Origin: Patescibacteria group bacterium
Lineage (GTDB): Bacteria > Patescibacteriota > Patescibacteriia > 2-12-FULL-57-11
Assembly: GCA_038054875.1 (NCBI GenBank)
Contig: JBBUJK010000029.1
Span: 7,442 to 71,441, forward strand
Direction of reading: 5' to 3'
DNA: 64,000 nt
Part shown: positions 19,432-28,914 of the stretch, piece by piece
Layout of the letters: each line of letters begins with the position of its first letter
Position numbering within the stretch: position 1 is the stretch's first letter
Program-made: the position numbers and the translations under genes
The notes under the pieces: generated by a model
What the model was told of the DNA's origin: nothing
The model's input: only the letters and a program-made list of their open reading frames with translations
Databases searched by the model: none

Positions 19432-20475
19432 GTGGCTGTAAAGAAGACCGAGATTGTGATCCCGCGGACCGGGATCATGGGCTGGGTCGCGGCCGAAGTG
19501 CTCACGACCCATCCGGATCTTGCCGCGCAGGTCGCGGCGGATGCCCGGATTCGACGAGCAGCGGTGGGCCCTGAGTGGCGCCGGGATGTGCCCGAAGCCG
19601 GGGACCTCCCGGCGGACGAGTACGAGGTTCGGGCGCGCGCCATCCTGGTGAGCGTCTGCCCCGAGGAAGGCTGCATTGGCCAACGGGAGATCCTGACCTC
19701 GCCGGACTACGGACTGGCTGGGCTGTCGGAGCTTTTGGTCGGAGACCCGACGGCGCGCGACCCGCAGTTCGGTACGTTCCCCGGGACGCTCTCGGAGACT
19801 GCGCAGGCGCTGTGGGATTTGGCCGAGGGTGGGACGATTCCTGCTGCTGAGGCCGAAGCAACCTGTCGCTTCCTGGCTCGCGCCGCGTTGGCGCGATTCC
19901 GGGCAGGGAATGCGGTGGCAGCCGACATGAACGCGCTGCCGCTCAGGGCATTCATTCGTGCGCCGGGCACGCCCTGGCTCCACGAGCGGACCTTCGCCCG
20001 CGCCGGCGTGCATCTGCATCAGATGCGCAAGGCAGCGGCCCGCGACTGGCGTGTGGGTCGCGGACGGATCATTCCGGTGGCAACGCCGCAGGGGACGATC
20101 AAAGTCGCGGTCTGCCGGAGCAGTGCTCCGCATCTCGCGCAGTGGCTGTTCGAGAACGAAGCGCCGAACGTGGTGCTCCGGCTCGAGGACGGCGGCTTCT
20201 TCTGCCGCGCCGACAAGAACAGCGGTATCACCCTGCACCGCGCCGTCGCCGCTTGGCGTCGCGCCGCGCTCGATCGGCCGCTGACCGAGGACGAGGAAGA
20301 CGCGCTCGAGGAGTACGGCCGGCCCTTCGGGACCCCCATCGACTTCTGGTGCGACGACCTCACGGCGGGCAACAAGATGCTCGCCAACCCCCATCTCCCG
20401 GCGGTCGCTATCGACCCCGAGAAGATCGTGGAGATGCTCATCACTTCGTTCGCCGTCGTGGCGGAGGAGTGGTGA
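19432..20475 (+). CDS. Hypothetical protein, possible degenerate paralog of 20784-22844
   Basis: GGAGG SD before GTG; upstream TTGACC-17 bp-TAGGTT; loosely colinear motifs. Confidence 0.65.
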   Translation: MAVKKTEIVIPRTGIMGWVAAEVLTTHPDLAAQVAADARIRRAAVGPEWRRDVPEAGDLPADEYEVRARAILVSVCPEEGCIGQREILTSPDYGLAGLSELLVGDPTARDPQFGTFPGTLSETAQALWDLAEGGTIPAAEAEATCRFLARAALARFRAGNAVAADMNALPLRAFIRAPGTPWLHERTFARAGVHLHQMRKAAARDWRVGRGRIIPVATPQGTIKVAVCRSSAPHLAQWLFENEAPNVVLRLEDGGFFCRADKNSGITLHRAVAAWRRAALDRPLTEDEEDALEEYGRPFGTPIDFWCDDLTAGNKMLANPHLPAVAIDPEKIVEMLITSFAVVAEEW

Positions 20476-20488
20476 GCCTCTTTTTTTA

Positions 20489-20540
20489 TCCTGAGCGGCA
20501 GTCGAAGGATGGCTCCCTCGACTCACTCCGTTCGCTCGGG
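20489..20540. repeat. REP-like palindromic element, family B
   Basis: TCCTGAGCGGCAGTCGAAGGA...; related copies near 17596, 22923, 23447, 38377, 50600 and 55141. Confidence 0.6.
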
Positions 20541-20546
20541 ACAGGG

Positions 20547-20575
20547 TTGACAAAACCGTTCTTTTCAGGTATAAA
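20547..20575 (+). promoter_or_regulatory. Sigma70-like promoter
   Basis: TTGACA-17 bp-TATAAA; first 20 bp identical to 27165-27184. Confidence 0.75.
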
Positions 20576-20783
20576 GATATGTCTTCTCAATGGCCAGTCG
20601 TGCCACCTGGAGAAGGCTTTGAACCTTGAAAATTCAAGGAAAAAGCAGACGGGTCGCCGACCGTGGGAATCTGTATGGTTTCCAGGGTTGGTGGCCCGTC
20701 CATGGTGGAATGGGGCCTGTGTTCGAGTGAGTGAATATTTGGCCGAAAGGCCGTGCGCTCCGTAAGGAGCAAAGAGGAGTGCC

Positions 20784-22844
20784 ATGAAAGCACTTGTCGA
20801 TCGTCTCGCGAACCAGAACCTCAAGTCCGCAGCCCTGCCCGTGTCGGTCACGCCTCCCAAGGCGGAGCCGGTGAAGGTGCAGGCGGCGGTCGCCCTCACC
20901 ACGAAGTCGGCCAAGGCGCCGCGCCAGCCGCTCGAGCGAGCGGAGCGTATCGCCCACACACTGATCACCGCGCTCTTCGGAGCCAGCATGGCCAAGGCCG
21001 TTCGTTCGAAGGAGCTCAAGGCCGAGCGCGAGGATCCGCTCCGTGAGGAGCGGGCCCTGCTGCGCACGGCCCACATCCACGACGAGACCAACCAGGAAAT
21101 GATCATCGCGATGGCGAAGGTCTTCCGAGTCGAGCTCAAGTGGATGGTCGATGAGCACGCGGGGTTCAAGCGCCCCGTGCGCCCGGTGACGGTCATCCAC
21201 CCGCACACCAACATCGATGCGGAAGCCGCGTGCATGACGTGGCTGCTCGTGCGCAAGCCCGAGCTGCGCAGCCGCTTCAACATCGCGCCGGACGTTCACG
21301 TCGAGTGCGTGAAGTCCGGCGAGCTGACCGAGGAGGCGGCAACGCCGTCGCTCGAGGACATGCCGAAGGCGTTCCTGACGTCGAAGCACCTCGAGGAGTA
21401 CGGCCACCTCTTCGTCGATTGCGGCGGTGGAGGCGGTCGGCTCGACCAGCACGGGCGCGTGGAGAACAAGGGACGCAACACCGTCTCCTCCCTGCACCTG
21501 CTGATCACCGGCGCGCTCGACCACATCCCGTCCCTCGTCCACCTGGTCCCGCTCTTCGAGCAGGTCATCGACAACGACCTGACCGGAGAGCGGATCGCGC
21601 AGGGCTACAACCTGCGCGAGTTCCTGAACGGCCTCATTGAGCTCGGCCTGAGTTCTGAGGAAATTCTCGATTACCTCTTCGTCGCGTTCGACGCGGCAGA
21701 GGCCTTCCTGCTCGCCAAGCAGGAGGAGATCGAGGAGGACGATGCCACGGCGATCGACCGCTTCCGCGAGGTGCGCAAGCAGGTCCTCTCGATGGAGACC
21801 ATCCTCGGGAACCTGCGCGTGCCGACCGACGCCGACCTCCAGCAGGAGGCCGACGCCGAGGTGCGCTACCTCCTCAAGGAGGCCGAGCGCAGCGGCATGC
21901 CGATGCCGGCCGACGAGCGCGAGCAGTTGCTCGCCGTCAGCCTGCAGAACGGCCGCGAGCGCGCGCAGCACATCGGCGTCTTCCACGATCGCTTCCGGGC
22001 GGTCGAGCAGGAGGCCAAGGCGGCGCGCCAGGCGGCCTGGGAACAGGCCAACACCGACTGGGGGCAGGCGGAGGTCCGGCTGCTGAACGGCGGCAATGCC
22101 TTCGTCTTCTCGAAGCAGGAGATGAGCATCCCCGGGCGGCCGTTCCACGGCTACGAGGGGCGCGTCGGCCTCGTCATCGGCGAGAGCGGCACCGCGAGCT
22201 TCGGCCCGTGCTGCCGCTACCGCTACGGCAAGGAGACGCGCAACAAGCTGGCTCGCGAGCACCTGATGGGGCGGACGGTGTCGTTCGACACCGCACGCAA
22301 GGCGGCGCATCTGTACGCGCCCGCGCTCATCTCGGTCCAGCTGCGCGACGTGACGCGCGGCGCGGATGGCAAGGTCGTGAGCTATCGCTTCACGATCGCG
22401 GGTTCCGGCATCGACCTCACCCAGGTCGCCGTTGCGATCCGCGACAGCCACGCCCACTGGCTCGCCAAGGAGCAGGGCGCCACGCAGATCAACAACGTCG
22501 GCGTCCAGGCGCGCTCCATGACCGCGCGGCTCAAGGGCAGCGCGGACACGGTCGCCGTCGACTATCTCCCGGAGTTCCGTACTGTGTACGGAAACTGGTT
22601 CAAGACGAACCAGGAGATGCCACTGTGGACCATGCCGGTCCGCATCCTCCTCGAGGCAATCGAGGTCGGCATGGAGGCCAGCGCCGAGGTGACGGAGCGT
22701 CGCCTGCGCGAGCGGCACTTGCACCCGAAGCGCCTCATCGCACCGGTCTACGAGCGGATCGATGAACTCAAGAGCGCCACGCGCGCCCCGAAGCAGGGAT
22801 CGTCTTCCCCGGCTCCGGAGACCAAGCACGAAGACAACGACTGA
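20784..22844 (+). CDS. Hypothetical protein, possibly DHH/MYG1-like
   Basis: GAGGAG SD; HPHTNIDAEAACMTWLL and VDCGGGGGRLDQHG resemble MYG1/DHH motifs. Confidence 0.6.
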   Translation: MKALVDRLANQNLKSAALPVSVTPPKAEPVKVQAAVALTTKSAKAPRQPLERAERIAHTLITALFGASMAKAVRSKELKAEREDPLREERALLRTAHIHDETNQEMIIAMAKVFRVELKWMVDEHAGFKRPVRPVTVIHPHTNIDAEAACMTWLLVRKPELRSRFNIAPDVHVECVKSGELTEEAATPSLEDMPKAFLTSKHLEEYGHLFVDCGGGGGRLDQHGRVENKGRNTVSSLHLLITGALDHIPSLVHLVPLFEQVIDNDLTGERIAQGYNLREFLNGLIELGLSSEEILDYLFVAFDAAEAFLLAKQEEIEEDDATAIDRFREVRKQVLSMETILGNLRVPTDADLQQEADAEVRYLLKEAERSGMPMPADEREQLLAVSLQNGRERAQHIGVFHDRFRAVEQEAKAARQAAWEQANTDWGQAEVRLLNGGNAFVFSKQEMSIPGRPFHGYEGRVGLVIGESGTASFGPCCRYRYGKETRNKLAREHLMGRTVSFDTARKAAHLYAPALISVQLRDVTRGADGKVVSYRFTIAGSGIDLTQVAVAIRDSHAHWLAKEQGATQINNVGVQARSMTARLKGSADTVAVDYLPEFRTVYGNWFKTNQEMPLWTMPVRILLEAIEVGMEASAEVTERRLRERHLHPKRLIAPVYERIDELKSATRAPKQGSSSPAPETKHEDND

Positions 22845-22989
22845 TCGCCGGTTCGCCGGAGGTCGCGTCGGACCCGCCTGTGAGCGTCGCACTTGTGCGA
22901 TGCTCCGGGCGGTTCTTTTTTATCCTGAGCGAGCGGTAGCGAGTCGAAGGATTGGCCCTTCGACTACCGCTTAGGGCAAGATCGAAGGA

Positions 22990-23067
22990 TTACGCCGTCG
23001 CGTACCAGACCCAGACGCCGGCCATGACAAACAGGGCGAAGACGACCCAGGCGATGTTTATTTCCAT
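22990..23067 (-). CDS. Candidate 25-aa membrane microprotein [25 protein letters not shown]
   Basis: Start overlaps the end of truB, TATG context, host-like codons, single hydrophobic helix. Confidence 0.5.
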   Translation of the reverse strand: MEINIAWVVFALFVMAGVWVWYATA

Positions 23068-23738
23068 AGGAATGTTTTCCAGGTTTCCGGTGTTAGACGT
23101 TCAATCGGCATGGCATCGCTCACTGACCTGTTTCCACTTTTTGTTCGACGCAGAGCCGTGAGATAGCCGCCGGTGCCGAGGCGTTCACCGACGTCGCGTG
23201 CCACGGCACGCACGTATGTGCCGGTCGAGCAGGTGAGCGTGAAGTCGACGTCCGGCCAGGCGATGCGCGTCACCTCGATTACGCGAATGGTGATTTCCGT
23301 TGGTTTGGCTTCGACCGGCGTTCCGGCGCGCGCGAGATCGTACATTTTTTTCCCGCCGATTTTTTTGGCCGAGTAGGCGGGCGGTACTTGCTGCCGTGTG
23401 CCGACTTCGGCGGCGAATGCGGTGCGAATATTCTCAGTTTTTGGTTGCCCCTCGACGCGGCTCGGGGAAATTTTTCCGGTGACGTCGTCGGTGTCGCTCA
23501 TGCCGTCAAAACGCGCGGTTGCCACATATTCTTTTTCTTGTTTTTGAAACTCGCTCAGCCGCTTCGTGGCTTCGCGCCCGATGCCGACGATGAGCAGTCC
23601 GGTGGCAAACGGGTCGAGCGTACCGGCATGGCCGATCGTTTTCACGCCGGTGATGCGCCGGAGCTTGGCCACGACGTCATGCGACGTCCAGTCAACCGGC
23701 TTGTCGATGGCGAGAAACCCCGACGGAACAGCATCCAT
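23058..23738 (-). CDS. truB: tRNA pseudouridine(55) synthase
   Basis: [39 protein letters not shown]. Confidence 0.96.
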   Translation of the reverse strand: MDAVPSGFLAIDKPVDWTSHDVVAKLRRITGVKTIGHAGTLDPFATGLLIVGIGREATKRLSEFQKQEKEYVATARFDGMSDTDDVTGKISPSRVEGQPKTENIRTAFAAEVGTRQQVPPAYSAKKIGGKKMYDLARAGTPVEAKPTEITIRVIEVTRIAWPDVDFTLTCSTGTYVRAVARDVGERLGTGGYLTALRRTKSGNRSVSDAMPIERLTPETWKTFLWK

Positions 23739-23766
23739 AGGTCGCGCATGATAGCACTCGTGTTGG

Positions 23767-23843
23767 ACTCCCTCCAGCTCCCTCTTCGCAAGAGGGAGAG
23801 TATGCGCGGGCAACCCCCTCTTGTGAAGAGGGGGAAGGGGGAG
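23767..23843. repeat. REP-like double hairpin, family A
   Basis: CTCCCTCTTCGCAAGAGGGAG...CCCCCTCTTGTGAAGAGGGGG; copies at 34490 and 37094. Confidence 0.8.
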
Positions 23844-23892
23844 TGCATTGCCGATTGACTACGGGCCTTTGCGCGGGTAGAGTGGCCCACGC

Positions 23893-25896
23893 ATGAACGT
23901 CACCGAACTGGCCCGCAAATTGCGCGTCACACCTGAAGACTTGCGCGGCATTTTGCCGGACGCCGGCTTCGACGTGGGGCGGCGCGCCATCAAGATCGAC
24001 GACCGCACCGCCAAGAAGGTCATGGAGTCCTGGCCGCAGATTGCGCAGCTGTTGGAAAAGAAGCGCATCGCCGCAAAGGAAGCCGCCGCCGCCGAGCTGA
24101 AAAAACTGGCCACGGAGCGCGGGCCGGTGCAGTTGCCGCCCGTCATCACGGTGCGCGATTTTGCCGCGCGCCTGGGTCTGCCGGTGACCCGCGTCATCCA
24201 GGAATTCATGAAGAACGGCATCCTTGCCCCGTTGAACGAGCGCGTCGACTACGACACGGCCTCGATCATTGCCGCGGACCTCGGCTTTGAAGTGAGTCCG
24301 CTCGCAGAAGGAGACGCGCCTGTTGAAGTGCTTTCGACCGGCGACATCATCAAGGAAGCGCTCGGCGCCGAAGCCAAGGGCACGCTCGTGGCGCGCCCGC
24401 CGGTCATCGTGGTCATGGGCCACGTTGACCACGGCAAAACAAAACTGCTCGACACCATCCGTTCGGCCGACGTTGCCGCCGGCGAAGCAGGCGGCATCAC
24501 GCAGCACATCGGCGCCTACCAGACGCAGAAGAACGGGCGCCTCATCACCTTCATCGACACGCCGGGTCACGAGGCCTTCACGGCCATGCGTTCGCGCGGC
24601 GCCAAAATCGCCGACATCGCGATTCTCGTCGTCGCCGCCGACGACGGCGTGCAGCCGCAGACCAAGGAAGCCATCAAGATCATCGAGGCGGCTCACCTGC
24701 CGTTTGTTGTCGCCATCAACAAGGTCGACAAACCGGACGCCGATCCGGAGCGCGTGAAGCGCGAGCTCTCTGAATTGAACGTCCTGCCCGAAGAGTGGGG
24801 CGGCAAAATTCCGATGCAGCCGATTTCCGCGAAGACGGGTTTGAACATCGACAAACTTTTGGAACTTATTTTGCTCGTCGCCGACGTCAAAGCCGATGAG
24901 ATCATGGCCAACCCGAATCGTCACGCGCAGGGCACGGTCATTGAATCGCACGTGTCGCCCGGCGAAGGCGTCGTCGCCACGCTCCTCGTCCAGAACGGCA
25001 CGTTGAAGCGCAACGAAGAGTTGGCCATCGGGAGCAACTCGTACGGTCGGGTGCGCGCCATGAAGAACTACCGCAACGAGAATGTGGACACCGCGACGCC
25101 TGGGACGCCGGTCCGCATTTTGGGTTTCCGCGTAGCGCCGCAGGTCGGCGACGTCGTAGAAGTGCCGGCAGCGGGGATGAAGCTGGAGCGGGTGCGCGAG
25201 CTGCGCGCCACCGGCGAGAAGATCGCCACGGTCGAAAAGACCTCTGCGGAAGATGTGGAAGAGAAGAAGTTCATGCCGCTCATCATCAAGGCCGACGTGC
25301 TCGGTTCGCTCGAAGCCATTCTCGTGTCCTTCGAAAAGTTTTCGCACCCGGAAGTGGGTTTGAACGTCGTCTCGAAGGGCCTCGGCAACATCACGGAAGC
25401 GGACGTGCTGCGCGCGGAAGCAACGGGCGCCCATGTCATCGGCTTCAACGTCCTCGTGCCGCCGCCGGTGGCTGAGTTGGCCCGCGAGAAGAACGTTTCC
25501 GTGAAGACCTACAAGATCATTTACGACCTGTTCGACGACCTGACCGCTCAGCTCGAAGGCATGCTCACTCTGGAAGTCGTGCGCACCGACTTCGGCCGTC
25601 TCCTGATCCTGAAAATTTTCCGCACGGAGCGCGACGAACAGATCGTCGGCGGCCGCGTCGAAGACGGACGCATCGTGAAGGGACTCTCTTTTGAAGCACG
25701 CCGCGGCGGCGAGGCGTTTGCGAAGGGCGAGGTCAAGACGGTGCAAAGCGGCAAACAGGAAGTGCCGGAACTGCGCATGGGTTCTGAAGGCGGCATGAAA
25801 GTGAAAACGTCCGCGCCCCTCGCAGAAGGGGACTCGATGCTCTTCTATAAGGAGGAAAAGAAGACGCGTAAAATCGTCTTCGATAAACCGAAATAG
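23893..25896 (+). CDS. infB: Translation initiation factor IF-2
   Basis: [34 protein letters not shown]. Confidence 0.97.
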   Translation: MNVTELARKLRVTPEDLRGILPDAGFDVGRRAIKIDDRTAKKVMESWPQIAQLLEKKRIAAKEAAAAELKKLATERGPVQLPPVITVRDFAARLGLPVTRVIQEFMKNGILAPLNERVDYDTASIIAADLGFEVSPLAEGDAPVEVLSTGDIIKEALGAEAKGTLVARPPVIVVMGHVDHGKTKLLDTIRSADVAAGEAGGITQHIGAYQTQKNGRLITFIDTPGHEAFTAMRSRGAKIADIAILVVAADDGVQPQTKEAIKIIEAAHLPFVVAINKVDKPDADPERVKRELSELNVLPEEWGGKIPMQPISAKTGLNIDKLLELILLVADVKADEIMANPNRHAQGTVIESHVSPGEGVVATLLVQNGTLKRNEELAIGSNSYGRVRAMKNYRNENVDTATPGTPVRILGFRVAPQVGDVVEVPAAGMKLERVRELRATGEKIATVEKTSAEDVEEKKFMPLIIKADVLGSLEAILVSFEKFSHPEVGLNVVSKGLGNITEADVLRAEATGAHVIGFNVLVPPPVAELAREKNVSVKTYKIIYDLFDDLTAQLEGMLTLEVVRTDFGRLLILKIFRTERDEQIVGGRVEDGRIVKGLSFEARRGGEAFAKGEVKTVQSGKQEVPELRMGSEGGMKVKTSAPLAEGDSMLFYKEEKKTRKIVFDKPK

Positions 25897-25900
25897 ACGT

Positions 25901-26221
25901 ATGTCCGAAGTGATTCTCACGGACGCGACGTTCGAGAAGGAAGTGCTGCAGGCGTCGGAACCCGTGCTCGTGGATTTTTGGGCGCCGTGGTGCGGCCCGT
26001 GCCGCATCATTGGTCCGATCGTTGAGAAATTGGCCGGGGAGTTCGCGGGTAAGGTAAAGATCGGCAAACTGAATGTCGACGAGAATCCGGCTTCCGCGCA
26101 AACATACGGCGTGATGTCGATTCCCACACTCATCATCTATAAGGGCGGTCAGGTGGCCGAGCAGTTGGTCGGCGTGCAACAGGAATCCGCGCTGCGCGAG
26201 AAATTGAAATCATTGATGTAG
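25901..26221 (+). CDS. trxA: Thioredoxin
   Basis: WAPWCGPC. Confidence 0.97.
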   Translation: MSEVILTDATFEKEVLQASEPVLVDFWAPWCGPCRIIGPIVEKLAGEFAGKVKIGKLNVDENPASAQTYGVMSIPTLIIYKGGQVAEQLVGVQQESALREKLKSLM

Positions 26222-26225
26222 AAGC

Positions 26226-27158
26226 ATGTCCGTCCTGAACGTCATCATCATCGGTTCCGGTCCGGCCGGATATACCGCAGCAATCTACGCCGCGCGCGCC
26301 AACTTGGCGCCGTTGCTGTTTTCGGGGCTTGAGGCCGGCGGCCAGCTGACGACGACGACTTACGTTGAAAATTTTCCGGGATTCCCGAACGGCATCCAGG
26401 GCCCCGAACTCGTCCTCGCCATGCGCACCCAGGCCGAACGCTTCGGGACGCGCATTGTGGACGAGGCGGTCACGGCCGTCGATTTTTCCTCGCGTCCGTT
26501 TCGTATCACCGCGCCCTCCGGAAATTTTGAAGCGAAAACGGTCATCATCGCGACCGGCGCCTCGGCCAGGCGTCTCGGACTCGAAAGTGAAAAGGCACTC
26601 TATGGCAAAGGCGTCTCGGCCTGCGCCACCTGCGACGGCTTCTTCTTCAAAGGGAAGGACGTCATCGTCGTGGGCGGCGGCGATGCGGCCATGGAGGAAG
26701 CGAACTTTTTGACGCGGTTCGCGACGAAGGTCACGGTCGCCGTGCGCAAGGATACCTTGCGTGCCTCAAAGATCATGCAGGATCGCGCCAGGAAGAACGC
26801 GAAGATCGAATTCCTCTGGAACACGGAGGTCGCGGAGATCCTGGGCGTCGACGTCGGTCATGTCACCGGCGTGAAGCTCAAGGACACCGTTACCGGAGCA
26901 TTCTCCGAGATGAACATCGGCGGCGTGTTCGCCGCGATCGGCCACGAGCCGACCACGAAGCTGTTCACCGGCCAGCTCGAGCTCGACGCCAAGGGTTACG
27001 TGGTCACGAAGAACGGGACGAGCGCCACGTCGATCCCGGGCGTGTTCGCGGGCGGCGACGTCGCCGACTTCCGTTACCGCCAGGCCGTGACCGCTGCAGG
27101 CACCGGTTGCATGGCCGCGATCGATGCAGAGAAGTTTTTGGAGAGCGGGACGCACTGA
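26226..27158 (+). CDS. trxB: Thioredoxin-disulfide reductase
   Basis: GSGPAG, CATCDG, GGGDAA, QAVTAAGTG. Confidence 0.97.
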   Translation: MSVLNVIIIGSGPAGYTAAIYAARANLAPLLFSGLEAGGQLTTTTYVENFPGFPNGIQGPELVLAMRTQAERFGTRIVDEAVTAVDFSSRPFRITAPSGNFEAKTVIIATGASARRLGLESEKALYGKGVSACATCDGFFFKGKDVIVVGGGDAAMEEANFLTRFATKVTVAVRKDTLRASKIMQDRARKNAKIEFLWNTEVAEILGVDVGHVTGVKLKDTVTGAFSEMNIGGVFAAIGHEPTTKLFTGQLELDAKGYVVTKNGTSATSIPGVFAGGDVADFRYRQAVTAAGTGCMAAIDAEKFLESGTH

Positions 27159-27164
27159 TTAGTC

Positions 27165-27345
27165 TTGACAAAACCGTTCTTTTCTGCTATATTAGGCCGT
27201 TGTTCTTTATCATGGTGGTATGTTGAAAGCGGCGTTTTGGGGCTTTTTTGAAGGCCCGAGAATGCCGTTTTTAACAGGTTGGTCCGAACTCGCGCTGGTG
27301 CGCGGGAGAGGGCTTGTCTGGCGGCGGTCGGAAGGTAGGTCAGCA
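27165..27345 (+). promoter_or_regulatory. Promoter and structured leader of the DGR target gene
   Basis: TTGACA-17 bp-TATATT and two hairpins, conserved at 37195-37351. Confidence 0.75.
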
Positions 27346-27993
27346 ATGGCTCATCTCATCGCGGAAGTCTCACTCGGTCAGGTCTCGGAGCTCATCGCCC
27401 GCCTCGGGCGCGCGGGAATGGATCCCGCGCTCCTCAAGAAGGCGCTCGGTGACGACGAGTTGGTCGAGCGGATGGTCACTGCGGCCCGCACGGAGTCGCA
27501 GGACACCCCCACCCCGACGTCCTTCCCCATCTGGAAGACCATCCAGATCGGCGGGAAGACGAAGGACCAGCTCATCGCCGAGATCGAGGCGAAGGGCATG
27601 AAGATCGGCGACTACGCGCAGAGCATGCTGGCGAAGGAGGCGTTCACGACGCTTCCTAAGCCGTGCGAGCTCACCCTCGTCCGTCCCACGGTCGCGGAGC
27701 TCGGCTTCAAGAAGGGCGCGGTCACGAAGAACATCTGGAAGCGCGCCCAGGACCTGGGCCTCTCGCTCTGCCCAGCCGAAGTCGGTCCGCACCTGCGGCT
27801 CGTCGACGCCGACCAGGCGAGCGGCGACTACTACTGGATCGGCATGGAGCCGATCACTGGCGCCGGCGTCTACCCGGACGTGTTCATGGTCGGGCGCGGC
27901 GACTGCGGGCGCTGGCTGTTCAGCAGCGGTGCCTGGCCGGGCGATCACTGGTTTCCCGAGTTTCGGCTGGTGTTCGTCGCTCCGGGCAAGTAG
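27346..27993 (+). CDS. DGR target protein with C-terminal variable region (CLec-like fold inferred)
   Basis: The 3' end is an A-mutated copy of the TR; LSLCPAEVGPHLR motif precedes it. Confidence 0.92.
   Translation: MAHLIAEVSLGQVSELIARLGRAGMDPALLKKALGDDELVERMVTAARTESQDTPTPTSFPIWKTIQIGGKTKDQLIAEIEAKGMKIGDYAQSMLAKEAFTTLPKPCELTLVRPTVAELGFKKGAVTKNIWKRAQDLGLSLCPAEVGPHLRLVDADQASGDYYWIGMEPITGAGVYPDVFMVGRGDCGRWLFSSGAWPGDHWFPEFRLVFVAPGK
27859..27987 (+). repeat. DGR variable repeat (VR)
   Basis: 129-bp ungapped match to 28352-28480 with 22 mismatches, all opposite TR adenines. Confidence 0.97.
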
Positions 27994-28054
27994 TGGTCCT
28001 TGGCACGTGGTCCCTTGGTCGATGAGACCTTGGAACCCTTGCCCTTGGACCGAT

Positions 28055-28112
28055 CGGCGTCACCTCCATCACTCGTTCGCGAGTGGTGTCGAGGTGGCGC
28101 CGCACTTTTTTT
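28055..28112 (+). terminator. Post-VR hairpin with TTCG loop and T7 tract
   Basis: CGGCGTCACCTC-CATCACTCG-TTCG-CGAGTGGTG-TC-GAGGTGGCGCCG. Confidence 0.75.
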
Positions 28113-28351
28113 ATCCTGATATACTGGTGTCGGTAGTAGGCGAATACGCGGGAGATCACGGTTTCCCGCTGCCGAATCCGTTTCGCACGCGTCCAGAGTC
28201 CGTCGGATCACGGTTCGCCGGAGCGTGGCTCGTGATGAATCAAAAAATGAAGATACTTGGTGTGCGCGCCTAGGCCATTCTGATGGCGAATACGATTCAG
28301 CCCGGAGAGTACTCAATGGGCAGTGTTCCGGACGGACGCGCGCACGTCACC

Positions 28352-28480
28352 GACGCCGACGACTACCCGAACGTGTTCAAGGTCGAGCACGACGACAACG
28401 GGCGCTGGCTGAACAGCAACGATGCCAAGCCGGACGATCACTGGAATCCCGAGAATCAGCTGGTGTTCGTCGCTCCGGGC
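28352..28480 (+). ncRNA. DGR template repeat (TR)
   Basis: A-rich (AAC/GAC/AAT/AAG) counterpart of the VR, with 31 adenines. Confidence 0.96.
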
Positions 28481-28488
28481 AACTCTCT

Positions 28489-28914
28489 TCATTTCTCCCC
28501 GTTTGCCCTGCGCGAAGCGCTGGGTGTCGGGGAGTTTTGTTTGACGAGCTGACCATGCCAACCGCCGAGCATCCTGCCGACCTCGTCGACGCGCTGCGAA
28601 ATGGCGATATACTTCTTGTTGTCGAGCGATTTCGTTTCCCAGAGCACGAGAAGCAAGATTTTCACCGTGTCGAGTTTCCGGACGGCGTCGCGGACCGCCG
28701 GAATCTTTTCCTGCCGTGGCGTGAAGACGGCGGCAACGATCGCCTCGATCGTCTCGATGAAGAGAAGATCAACGCGTTGACCGAGCGTATGTCTATGGAT
28801 TTTCGGAATCGTTTCGTAGTAAGCGAACCAGATCAGATACGCGCTTTTCGTTTTCTGGAGGATCGGCAACAGCGTCGGGGGGGGGGCTTGATGAATCCGT
28901 CGGATGCGCAGCAT
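28489..28914 (-). CDS. avd: Avd-like four-helix-bundle accessory protein
   Basis: PKIHRHTLGQRVD and EVGRMLGGW motifs; lies between TR and RT. Start codon uncertain. Confidence 0.85.
   Translation of the reverse strand: MLRIRRIHQAPPPTLLPILQKTKSAYLIWFAYYETIPKIHRHTLGQRVDLLFIETIEAIVAAVFTPRQEKIPAVRDAVRKLDTVKILLLVLWETKSLDNKKYIAISQRVDEVGRMLGGWHGQLVKQNSPTPSASRRANGEK

Noticed and set aside
28283-28552. 89-aa ORF through the TR that resembles the target C-terminus
   Set aside because: The TR is stop-free because it mirrors the VR codons; it is treated as RNA template, not a gene.
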